The position numbers and the translations under genes are program-made. The notes under the pieces were generated by a model. It was not told where the DNA came from and ran no database searches. It was given only the letters and a program-made list of their open reading frames with translations. Below are positions 17,032 to 24,755 of a stretch of DNA of 32,241 nucleotides, piece by piece (the first letter of the stretch is position 1; every line of letters starts with the position of its first letter). This stretch comes from an uncultured Methanosarcinales archaeon (GTDB lineage: Archaea; Nanobdellota; Nanobdellia; Woesearchaeales; UBA119), in assembly GCA_964580745.1 (NCBI GenBank), contig CAZOKS010000004.1:1-32241 (forward strand), in the 5' to 3' direction.

Positions 17032-17798
17032 ATGAGTTCAAATTTTCAAAAGAAGGCAGGATGCCCAATCTCAATAAGCCCATTGCAATAGAAGGCTTGC
17101 CAGGGATAGCCAATGTGGGCAAAATCGCGGTAGATTATATTGTTAAGAATGTTAAATCCAAGAAGTTTCTTTCTTTAACATCAGATTACTTTCCCTCAAC
17201 AGTTTATATAGGCGAGGATAGCACAATCCAGAAGGCTGGGATAGAGTTTCATCATGCAAAAATTAAAAAGCAGGATTTTATATTTATAACAGGCAATAGC
17301 CAGCCCACTTCAGAGCCCTATTCTTACAGATTCGCAAGGGCAATCCTTGAATGGCTGAGAGAGCACGGATGCAGCTCAATAATCACGACAGGTGGCATCG
17401 GTCTGATTTATCTTCCTGAAAAGCCAAAGGTTTATTGCGCAGGCAACGACAAGAAATTCATAAAGGAGTTTGAGAAATTTAAGGTAAAAACAAAGGTATA
17501 TGGTACAGTGGGCTCAATATCAGGAGCAACAGGCCTTCTGCTTTCCTTAGCAGATGATTATGGAATACGGTCAGTTTCTCTGCTTGGTGAAACCTTGGCG
17601 CATCCTCTTCATGTTGGTATTAATTCAGCTAAGGCCTTAGTTAATCTCTTGAATTCAAAATATAATCTTGGATTAAAGAAAGAAGAGATTGACAAAGACT
17701 TTAAAGAGACAATACAGGAGATGGATATTAGCGATGTCCAGCCCAAAACCAAGACAGACAAAGCTGTCCCATCAGGGGATGTTAATTACATCGGTTAG
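17028..17798 (+). CDS. PAC2-family (PbaA/PbaB-like) proteasome assembly chaperone
   Basis: 256 aa, IAIEGLPGIANVGKIAVDYI... It overlaps nop10 by 4 nt and ends the conserved archaeal L44e-S27e-aIF2a-Nop10-PAC2 gene string. Confidence 0.85.
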   Translation: MNEFKFSKEGRMPNLNKPIAIEGLPGIANVGKIAVDYIVKNVKSKKFLSLTSDYFPSTVYIGEDSTIQKAGIEFHHAKIKKQDFIFITGNSQPTSEPYSYRFARAILEWLREHGCSSIITTGGIGLIYLPEKPKVYCAGNDKKFIKEFEKFKVKTKVYGTVGSISGATGLLLSLADDYGIRSVSLLGETLAHPLHVGINSAKALVNLLNSKYNLGLKKEEIDKDFKETIQEMDISDVQPKTKTDKAVPSGDVNYIG

Positions 17799-17963
17799 GC
17801 TTTATATGTTAAAAACCACAAGCCCTCCTGAAATAGCTCTTAAATCATTAAAAAACATCCCAACCACAGAAGGTATTTTGAGGTATTCATCGGTTTTGGA
17901 AATAATCCTTTCTAAACTCATATAAAGAGAAAATAAAAAAAGAGATATCAAACTTTCCTTCCT

Positions 17964-19268
17964 CTATTCCTTGGGATTCTTCACTTTCCCGAAGAACAAG
18001 ATATTTCCGGTTTCATTGTCCTGTATCAAGAAGATGAAAGGATGGTCTGCTATGAAATTATTGATCGGCATCATTGATGATTTCATCATTAAAACTGCAG
18101 TAGCAGCAGCCGCTTCAGTACCCTTCTCATCCACCTTGATGAAGGCTTGATGTATAACCTCACTTATGTACAGATTCCTTGTTCCGTCTATACCCGAGAA
18201 ATCAGCGTTCTCAAAAGCACTTGGCATACCCATCTCTTTTAGGTTTTCCGCAAGAAAATACTTGGTCTCAAACTCAAACTTGGGCAAGGATATCTTGTCC
18301 AGCTTGGTTTTCTCCATCTTTGCTTTGTATTCCTCAAGCTTTTGGGCTGATAGCTCAATATCCTCAAGAGTATAATTATAATAAACGACTTCTCCTGTCT
18401 CAGAATCATACCCTTTTTCCTGCTTTGGCAGCAGAATCAGCATAGAAAGCTTATCTCCTATATAAGGCAGCTCCAGAATCTTTAGTTTCTCCAAATCTGC
18501 ATAATTGAACTTTGCCTCATCCGGCTCCATATTCATCATAGGCACCTTAACGGTTTCATCTTGAGAAACATGGAAATCCATATCCCTTGTCTTCTTTTCA
18601 TCAAACTCCCAAACCCAATTACCTTTAAAGTAAATAGCATTGGTAAGCACCAATCTTGTCATCGCATCTAAAACACCTGGGGGAATCAAATCTTGTATTT
18701 TATTGTTTGTCTGCTCCTCAATAAAGGAGTTTATGGTTTCTCTTGACCTCTCCGGTTCATTAACAAAATCAAGATTAGATGCTCGTCCTCCATAGTATCT
18801 CTTAACATTGGAAAGATACTCTTCCAATAATTTGTAATCCTTTTGCACCCAAAGGGCATTTCCGGTTCTTAACTCGTATTTATCGCTCCCAGAATTAATA
18901 TCGTTATACACCCTTGCAAAATTAGGCCTTAATTCATCCAATCCAGGAAAATGGAAAACAGAGCTAATCTCCTCAGCTGTTTTGCTTCTTGCACCTTCAT
19001 AAACCATGGCAAAAGCCGAATATAGGCTGTATGGCGAGAAAAACACATTATCCTCTTTATGCTCTTTATTTATATTAGAGAAGAATTCAAACCCGAATTG
19101 GTTGCTTCCCTCAACCACATCATTAACTCCTTCCTGAGTTGCACCATCATCCACTACCTTTGGAGGCTGAGTCGGTTCATAGGGAAATGTAAAAAGAAAA
19201 GCTGTAGCTGTAACCAAACCCAGCATAGCTATCAATACTATAACGAACAAAATAGGCTTTTTCATCAT
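17964..19268 (-). CDS. Serpin with an N-terminal signal peptide or membrane anchor
   Basis: Contains FFSPYSLYSAFAMVYEGARSKTAEEI and the hinge plus reactive-centre loop DEKGTEAAAATAVLMMKSSMMP. The C-terminus is ADHPFIFLIQDNETGNILFFGKVKNP. The N-terminal hydrophobic segment is KKPILFVIVLIAMLGLVTATAFLF. The track start is GTG 19274. ATG 19268 or 19265 follows the SD GGTGG. Confidence 0.92.
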   Translation of the reverse strand: MMKKPILFVIVLIAMLGLVTATAFLFTFPYEPTQPPKVVDDGATQEGVNDVVEGSNQFGFEFFSNINKEHKEDNVFFSPYSLYSAFAMVYEGARSKTAEEISSVFHFPGLDELRPNFARVYNDINSGSDKYELRTGNALWVQKDYKLLEEYLSNVKRYYGGRASNLDFVNEPERSRETINSFIEEQTNNKIQDLIPPGVLDAMTRLVLTNAIYFKGNWVWEFDEKKTRDMDFHVSQDETVKVPMMNMEPDEAKFNYADLEKLKILELPYIGDKLSMLILLPKQEKGYDSETGEVVYYNYTLEDIELSAQKLEEYKAKMEKTKLDKISLPKFEFETKYFLAENLKEMGMPSAFENADFSGIDGTRNLYISEVIHQAFIKVDEKGTEAAAATAVLMMKSSMMPINNFIADHPFIFLIQDNETGNILFFGKVKNPKE

Positions 19269-19370
19269 AACCACCTTTCTATGCTATGGATGCATTATAT
19301 TTAAATCTTCTTAAGACTCCCAATATGATTGAAGTAAGAAAAAACGCATAACCCCTTTCCTTTAAGAAAA

Positions 19371-19381
19371 CTTTTTAAAGG
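19371..19381 (+). promoter_or_regulatory. TATA box for tRNA-Arg (CTTTTTAAAGG)
   Basis: Centred about 28 nt upstream of the tRNA 5' end. Confidence 0.55.
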
Positions 19382-19403
19382 TTTTATCTTTGCTCTTTCT
19401 TAT

Positions 19404-19478
19404 GGACCAGTAGCCTAGTTTGGATAAGGCATCGGCCTTCTAAGCCGAGGATCGGGGGTTCAAATCCCTCCTGGCCCA
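19404..19478 (+). tRNA. tRNA-Arg (anticodon UCU), no encoded CCA
   Basis: Hand-folded: GGACCAG TA GCCT AGTTTGGATA AGGC A TCGGC CTTCTAA GCCGA GGATC GGGGG TTCAAAT CCCTC CTGGCCC A. The acceptor stem has an A3:C70 mismatch. Confidence 0.85.
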
Positions 19479-20323
19479 TCTATCCCTTGCATCAAAGTTG
19501 AGAATAATTCTTTTATCGGCGCTATTCCATTTATTGCTAGGAAAAGTATTGTGCCTACAATAAGAAATATTGCATTAACTAACAATCCTATTTTGAGTTT
19601 TCTCTTATCCTCAGAAGAAAGCAATGCCCCTATTAAAGCGATAGAGAAGAATCCTGCGATATGCGCAATATACCCAATATTAGAGCTGGCATAATTAGGC
19701 AGACTCGCCAGATTAGAAGCCAGTACAGTCCATCCAACCAAAAACATAGGAAGAGGAATAAAGAAAAGGAATGTAATGTATAAAGGAGCCAGGAGCATCG
19801 CAATGGAAACAAGACCCATTATTGCACCTGAAGCCCCTATTGCTCCCGCTTCAATCCCCAAATATAAAGAAATGATTGAGTCGATTGCTCCTGATATTGT
19901 CAAAGCAAGGAAATAGACTATCAAAGTCTTCTTGCTTCCCAGTTTCTTCTCCACAACCCGGCCTACTAAAAGCAGGAAAAGCATATTGCTCAGAAGATGA
20001 CCTAGCCCTCCGTGAAGAAACCCTGCCGTTATCACGGTATAGAATCGTGTGCTGATTATATCCTTAGGATATTTAACCAACAAATCAACAACCTCAGGTC
20101 TTTTTATCAGCAGAATAACCTCAACAACATACATAGAAATATTTAGCATAATTAGACCAAAGATTGTTTTAGCAGAGGTCAAGAAATCAAGAATCTCCCT
20201 TAATGGGGAAAGCTTCTTTACCAATTCCCACTGCCCAAGAATAAATAACAATAAGGTTAATGGCAGAGCAATAATCTTAAGCAATAGTTTCAATTGAAAC
20301 TTTATCTCAGATTCAATCTCCAT
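19460..20323 (-). CDS. Rhomboid-family intramembrane serine protease
   Basis: Contains GFLHGGLGHLLSNMLFLLLVG (H..xxHxxxN region), the catalytic GASGAIMGL, and HIAGF. Multiple TM helices are apparent. The track start is 20368. ATG 20323 (MEIESE...) gives an 11-nt overlap with the upstream 77-aa ORF. The last 19 nt overlap tRNA-Arg on the opposite strand. Confidence 0.88.
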   Translation of the reverse strand: MEIESEIKFQLKLLLKIIALPLTLLLFILGQWELVKKLSPLREILDFLTSAKTIFGLIMLNISMYVVEVILLIKRPEVVDLLVKYPKDIISTRFYTVITAGFLHGGLGHLLSNMLFLLLVGRVVEKKLGSKKTLIVYFLALTISGAIDSIISLYLGIEAGAIGASGAIMGLVSIAMLLAPLYITFLFFIPLPMFLVGWTVLASNLASLPNYASSNIGYIAHIAGFFSIALIGALLSSEDKRKLKIGLLVNAIFLIVGTILFLAINGIAPIKELFSTLMQGIDGPGGI

Positions 20324-20546
20324 TTTTCTTGTTTGAGAAATTGATGTTTTTTGTGAAGGGCTCCACAATCTTTTCTCTAACCTTCTTCAACCATTCCTCA
20401 AGAATTAGAACTACCTCAGGCATAGGAATCTTGTCAGCCCTTGTTTTCAAAAGAATCTGCACCCTGCCAGTCTTTTTGTTTGTCCTTCTAATAATCATTA
20501 ACGCGAATCTTTCCTCCTCAACCTCATTCTCAGGAGCATCCTCCAT
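20313..20546 (-). CDS. Hypothetical 77-aa soluble protein
   Basis: Sequence begins MEDAPENEVEEERFALMIIRRTNKKTGRVQILLKTRADKIPMPEVVLILEEWLKKVREK... Its ATG directly abuts the stop of the upstream 264-aa ORF (TGA at 20549-20547, ATG at 20546-20544). Its stop overlaps the likely rhomboid start. No family recognised. Confidence 0.55.
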   Translation of the reverse strand: MEDAPENEVEEERFALMIIRRTNKKTGRVQILLKTRADKIPMPEVVLILEEWLKKVREKIVEPFTKNINFSNKKNGD

Positions 20547-21341
20547 TCAGCATTTCACCTCTTCTGTCCTAACCCTTGTCTCATTGTAATACTCAATCTC
20601 TTCTATCGTTCTGGTTATGTTCTTATAACACCCCTCTACTCTCTTTCGTTCAAGGAATGCTTCATTGTCCATAACCACATCGTCCCCAACAATTCTTGAA
20701 GCGATAAACTCCTCAATAAATACCTTATCACACTCTTCTTTCGGTAGAATCCTTACCAAATTCACAACATAATCCTTTTTCATATCTTTCTCAGTATACC
20801 ACTTATACCTTAGAGGGGTAACAGACTGCTTAATCAAAGGTTTGACAAGGGTTACCGAATCCTCCTTAACTGGTTCAAGATTCCCAAACAGATTCTTCCT
20901 CACGAAATCAAGTCGGATTTCTGCGCATAAAGAAACATTTTCATTATTTCTAATCTCAACATTTTTAATATAATATAAGTTCTTGACAGAACCATTAAAA
21001 ATCTCTTTTTTCCATTCTCTGCTAACTGTGTTAAGCGAGATAGCATAATCCTCCGGCCGGCAGGAAATGTTAGTAATCTCTTTCTCAATTGTTCTGTTGA
21101 GCGTTACATTGTATTTTACATTCTGGTAGCACTTCTTGTCCTCAGTTTTTCCATTATCCTGCTCTTCAGGCATTGCCCAATCCTTGCTTTCATCTTCTTT
21201 TGGGTAAAGATAAGAATCCGTAAGATTATATTCTCTTCTGAGGTCCATAGCGCTTTTAACAGAAACTATAATAACTACTGCAACTAAAACACCAACAACA
21301 AGCAGACCCATTCTCAGTCCTTTACTCATTCCTTTCTTCAT
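20547..21341 (-). CDS. Hypothetical single-pass (N-in) membrane-anchored extracellular protein, rich in N-glycosylation sequons
   Basis: 264 aa. The N-terminus is MKKGMSKGLRMGLLVVGVLVAVVIIVSV. I count 8 N-x-S/T sequons (NLT, NVT, NRT, NIS, NGS, NVS, NIT, NET) and 6 Cys in the predicted ectodomain. Confidence 0.72.
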   Translation of the reverse strand: MKKGMSKGLRMGLLVVGVLVAVVIIVSVKSAMDLRREYNLTDSYLYPKEDESKDWAMPEEQDNGKTEDKKCYQNVKYNVTLNRTIEKEITNISCRPEDYAISLNTVSREWKKEIFNGSVKNLYYIKNVEIRNNENVSLCAEIRLDFVRKNLFGNLEPVKEDSVTLVKPLIKQSVTPLRYKWYTEKDMKKDYVVNLVRILPKEECDKVFIEEFIASRIVGDDVVMDNEAFLERKRVEGCYKNITRTIEEIEYYNETRVRTEEVKC

Positions 21342-21374
21342 TAGACCATTCCTCTTATGCAGTTACATTGTATC

Positions 21375-22862
21375 TTAATTTATAGTATATGGATTATTCT
21401 GCTTTATATATTTTATTGCTTGAATCAGCTTCTTCTTGTTTTCAGCATATAACTCAAAAAGCACCTGATTCTTTCTAACCTTCTCTAATCTTAATTTTCT
21501 GAGATAAATTCCAGCTTTCTTGTCTTTTGGTGCCCCTGCAATCTTGGCTGCCTGAGCAATCAAATCATTTCGAATAAGCCTTATTTTGCCTTCTTCTTTT
21601 GCTCTGAAATACGTTTTATACTTCCCCAGTTCTATATCTGAAGAAACCCTGACCTTTGCTCCTTGAGCTTCAAGAATCTCCCAGAATTTCTTACAAGCTT
21701 TTCCCTCATCCATAATCCTCTTTGCTTCTTTATATCCCTCTCCCTTATTGGCTTTGCCGGAAAACTCCAACAGCATACCAGCCAACCTTAAACCCTTTTC
21801 TCTCAAATCCGTGGGTGCTTCAGGATGGTTCTCAAATATTCTAAGCACATCTCTTGCCTCCAAAGCCGGTCCTATTCCTTTACCTATAGGTCCTAAAGCC
21901 CTTGTAAATACAACCTCTGTCTGCAGCCCAATTCTTCGGCCAACATATTTAAACAACCTCTTGAGCCTATCCGCTTCTTTCAGAGTCCTTATCTTCGCAT
22001 ACTTGCCAATGGGGATATCAATAAGCACAATATTGCTTGAGACTGATTTCTTCTTAGCCAGAACACTTGCCACCATCTGCTCTGGAGAGTCAATATTCAT
22101 AGGATGCTCTATTCGGATAATCTCATCATCTGCAGGAGCGAGCGATATCGTGCCTCCCCATATCATACATCCATTGGTTTTATTAACAACCTTCAGAATA
22201 TCTTCTTTATTAATCTCAACATTACACAATACCTCCATCACATCTGCAGTTCCTGCGGGGCTGGTTATGCTTCTTGAGGAAGATTTAGGAATAAGCAGAC
22301 CAGCACTCGCTACGATAGGCACAATAATCGGAGTTGTCCTATTCCCAGCCACCCCTCCGATACAATGCTTATCAACAACCTTTTTGTTCTTGAACTTCAA
22401 AATATCCCCTGTTTGGTACATCGCTTCAGTAAGATAAGCAGTTTCATCCAATGAAAGACCATTTATATAAGAGCCAGCCACAAAATAAGTAATCTCAATA
22501 GTTGAAAGGCTATTATCTACAATACCCTCAACAATAGACCTAATCTTTTTCTTTCCAAGTCTTTTACCATTCAGCTTTTCTCTTATAAATATGACAGCTT
22601 CAGGAGAGGTAGTGGTGTCCACTTCAACATCTAAACCCTGTTTCCCTTTGATTGCAGAAACCGCCTCATAATTAAGACCAATTTCCCCCTCTTTGATTTG
22701 CCATAAGCTTTCATCCACTGTTGCAATTATGCTCTTCTTATCTTTCTCTATTACTATCCTGTCTCCCCGATGTGTATTAAGCTTTCTAGCATCCTTTGCA
22801 TTCAAAACAGCGACAATTGCGTTTCCAGAAGACCAATCTAACTTTCTTATCTTAAGCTTCAA
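21375..22862 (-). CDS. deoA: AMP phosphorylase (archaeal thymidine-phosphorylase family, DeoA-like)
   Basis: 495 aa. The archaeal-specific N-terminal domain is MKLKIRKLDWSSGNAIVAVLNAKDARKLNTHRGDRIVIE. A glycosyltransferase family 3 core follows (DKHCIGGVAGNRTTPIIVPIVAS, SSRSITSPAGTADVMEVL). Confidence 0.88.
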   Translation of the reverse strand: MKLKIRKLDWSSGNAIVAVLNAKDARKLNTHRGDRIVIEKDKKSIIATVDESLWQIKEGEIGLNYEAVSAIKGKQGLDVEVDTTTSPEAVIFIREKLNGKRLGKKKIRSIVEGIVDNSLSTIEITYFVAGSYINGLSLDETAYLTEAMYQTGDILKFKNKKVVDKHCIGGVAGNRTTPIIVPIVASAGLLIPKSSSRSITSPAGTADVMEVLCNVEINKEDILKVVNKTNGCMIWGGTISLAPADDEIIRIEHPMNIDSPEQMVASVLAKKKSVSSNIVLIDIPIGKYAKIRTLKEADRLKRLFKYVGRRIGLQTEVVFTRALGPIGKGIGPALEARDVLRIFENHPEAPTDLREKGLRLAGMLLEFSGKANKGEGYKEAKRIMDEGKACKKFWEILEAQGAKVRVSSDIELGKYKTYFRAKEEGKIRLIRNDLIAQAAKIAGAPKDKKAGIYLRKLRLEKVRKNQVLFELYAENKKKLIQAIKYIKQNNPYTIN

Positions 22863-22929
22863 TCCTCACACCTCTATATTCACTTACTAATTTTTTAACT
22901 TATTTGGCAGACTTTATTCTCTGTTATTC

Positions 22930-24012
22930 TCAATGATACTCTTTCATATAAATTTGAATGACCTTTAACAAAGAACTGATGATTATAGGGCCAATGAATA
23001 TACCAATAAACCCAAAAGCCTGCAAACCTCCAAAGACTGAAATCAATACCACAATAGGATGCAAATTAGCCCTTTGACTAACAAGCTTAGGTCTTATTAA
23101 TGCATCTATATTAGCCACAGCCAAAGCTCCCCAGATTAACAGGAAAACTCCATACCAGATAGAACCCATCGCATCTAATCCAATCCCCCGAACAATATTT
23201 ACCAGGCCAAGCGGCACCCAAACTAGCCCCGTACCTACGATAGGAATTAAGGAAGCAATAGCCATCATGATTCCCCATATCACTATTCCTGGGTTGGCGA
23301 TCCCAAAAATCTTAGCACCTATAAAAATTCCAATGCTGCCAGTTAACCCCTGCACCAAAGAAACAATAATCTGCCCAAATAAAACAGAGTTCGCAGTTCT
23401 ATTGAGTTCATTTATCATCTCAGTTTTATGTTTTTTAGTTAAAGGAATAATGTGCTTTAAAGTAGCAGCAATCTTATCCCCATCTATCAGCATGAAAAAT
23501 GTTATGAACAAAATGAATACAAGAGAGATTATGAAATTTGGGATTGTTATTAAGATATCCCTTACCTTTCCAACAAGAGTGTTAAGCGTTTCAACGACCT
23601 TTTCATTTATTGCCTTGGTCAGTTCTGGTTTTGAGGTCATGTAAGTAATAATCCTTTCTTTGATTGTACAATTAGCAATACCGCAATCAAGAGGTTCCGC
23701 GTTCTTGATTTCATTTAGCAGAGAGCTTGCTTCCTGGTACATAACAATAACTTCCTTAGCAAGAGAATTAACAAGCACCGAGAATAAAAGCCCGCTTCCA
23801 ATAAGAATTATGGCAATCACAATAATAGATGCAAGGGCCTTGAACTTAACCCAGTCCCGAAGCTTTTTGTAAACCGGGTAGAAAATATAGCTTAACAGAG
23901 CAGCAGATATAAGAACCTTTATCATAGATTTTATTGTAAAGAAAGACAGTACGAAGAGCCCAAATACAAGAAGAATTATTATCCAGGTATTGATTTTCTT
24001 TTTGGCTATCAT
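22930..24012 (-). CDS. AI-2E family (PerM/UPF0118) membrane transporter
   Basis: 360 aa and polytopic. The C-terminal conserved region is ALIRPKLVSQRANLHPIVVLISVFGGLQAFGFIGIFIGPII. Confidence 0.85.
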   Translation of the reverse strand: MIAKKKINTWIIILLVFGLFVLSFFTIKSMIKVLISAALLSYIFYPVYKKLRDWVKFKALASIIVIAIILIGSGLLFSVLVNSLAKEVIVMYQEASSLLNEIKNAEPLDCGIANCTIKERIITYMTSKPELTKAINEKVVETLNTLVGKVRDILITIPNFIISLVFILFITFFMLIDGDKIAATLKHIIPLTKKHKTEMINELNRTANSVLFGQIIVSLVQGLTGSIGIFIGAKIFGIANPGIVIWGIMMAIASLIPIVGTGLVWVPLGLVNIVRGIGLDAMGSIWYGVFLLIWGALAVANIDALIRPKLVSQRANLHPIVVLISVFGGLQAFGFIGIFIGPIIISSLLKVIQIYMKEYH

Positions 24013-24176
24013 TTTGATTTCTTAATGTTTCTCAATGATTAATATATACGATTGATGAGAATTACTTTAAAAATATTTTGTTTTGTTACTTAATCCTTTA
24101 TTACAACTTTTTTCATCTTAACTTCTTATCTTAACCCTGAGGCCTAACTTCTTAAAGAGATTAACTATAGAAAAAA

Positions 24177-24253
24177 TGGTGGGCCCGTCCAGATTTGAAC
24201 TGGAGACCTTCCGCGAGTCAGGCGGATGTCATAGCCATCTAGACCACGGGCCC
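24177..24253 (-). tRNA. tRNA-Val (anticodon GAC) with encoded 3' CCA
   Basis: Hand-folded: GGGCCCG TG GTCT AGATGGCTAT GAC A TCCGC CTGACTC GCGGA AGGTC TCCAG TTCAAAT CTGGA CGGGCCC A CCA. A T6 tract follows. Position 37 reads U, which is unusual. Confidence 0.85.
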
Positions 24254-24283
24254 ATAGATTGCTTTTTAGAGGACACCCGCTTC

Positions 24284-24293
24284 TTTATATTTT
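24284..24293 (-). promoter_or_regulatory. TATA box for tRNA-Val (AAAATATAAA on the minus strand)
   Basis: Centred about 35 nt upstream of the tRNA 5' end. Confidence 0.5.
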
Positions 24294-24300
24294 TTTCCAT

Positions 24301-24331
24301 AATTGCCCCCAAAAAACACCTTTTGGCAATT
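24301..24331. promoter_or_regulatory. 7-bp inverted repeat AATTGCC-N17-GGCAATT between the tRNA-Val promoter and the 118-aa ORF
   Basis: Read directly from the sequence. An inner AAAA/TTTT could extend the pairing. The element lies upstream of TATA-like words at 24331-24345 and 24361-24376. Confidence 0.35.
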
Positions 24332-24395
24332 TTTTTGTATATTTTACATTCCTTCATTAGAAAGTTTTTAATATTCTACTCAATTCTTGTGAGGT

Positions 24396-24752
24396 ATGAC
24401 TAAATTAGTGGCTATTGCCTCCTTTGGCAAAGGGACTTGGGCTCATCTCATCAAGCTCTGCGATATTGAAGAATGGGAAAGAATCTTTATCATAACAGAT
24501 GATTTTGGATTAAATCGTTTTCCCAAAAAAGACAACGTAGAATTCATAAAAGTTGATTTTAAGGCAGATTTTGAGGACATTAAAGACAAGGTCTTTTCTG
24601 CTTTGACAGGAAAGATAGATGACTGGGATGTAGGCTTAAACATAATCTCAGGAGATGGAAAAACCCACATGGCTGTGCTTTCTGCCCTTCTTCGTTTAGG
24701 TTTAGGGATTCGATTGGTTTATGTAAAGGATGAAGATTTGAAGGAGTTATAG
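24396..24752 (+). CDS. Hypothetical 118-aa protein with a predicted minimal Rossmann-like alpha/beta fold
   Basis: Alternating strand and helix pattern: KLVAIASFGKGTW / AHLIKLCD / RIFIITDD / VEFIKVDF / FEDIKDKVFSAL / DVGLNIISGDGKTHMAVLSALLRLG / IRLVYVKD. An SD-like GTGAGGT lies immediately upstream. Confidence 0.68.
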   Translation: MTKLVAIASFGKGTWAHLIKLCDIEEWERIFIITDDFGLNRFPKKDNVEFIKVDFKADFEDIKDKVFSALTGKIDDWDVGLNIISGDGKTHMAVLSALLRLGLGIRLVYVKDEDLKEL

Positions 24753-24755
24753 TTC

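Noticed and set aside
17028-17798. C-terminal HbYX proteasome-docking motif on the PAC2-family protein
   Set aside because: The protein ends ...DVNYIG, so the Tyr is antepenultimate rather than penultimate. This does not fit the HbYX rule, and I make no claim from it.
17802-17921. 39-aa minus-strand ORF (MSLERIISKTDEYLKIPSVVGMFFNDLRAISGGLVVFNI) directly downstream of the serpin
   Set aside because: It has no SD or TATA. It lies in the T-rich terminator zone of two convergent genes, and nothing in the sequence is recognisable. The evidence is insufficient.
21748-22437. 229-aa + strand ORF. The 202-aa ORF at 3286-3894, the 127-aa ORF at 5719-6102 and other 60-125-aa ORFs nested in real genes are similar cases.
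   Set aside because: All are antisense to, or out of frame within, genes with strong family signatures (AMP phosphorylase, DRG GTPase, GroEL, RNR, PerM). None has independent support.
24053-24140. Possible C/D-box sRNA (TGATGA at 24053-24058, CTGA at 24137-24140)
   Set aside because: The boxes are 88 nt apart, whereas archaeal C/D sRNAs are usually about 50-60 nt. There are no internal C'/D' boxes, no terminal stem, and the base before TGATGA is T rather than a purine.
24119-24154. 10-nt direct repeat TAACTTCTTA (24119-24128 and 24145-24154) just downstream of tRNA-Val, considered as att sites of an integrated element
   Set aside because: The repeats do not match the tRNA 3' end. They are only 16 nt apart, enclose no genes, and no integrase or recombinase is nearby. 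They are probably chance or part of the T/C-rich terminator region.
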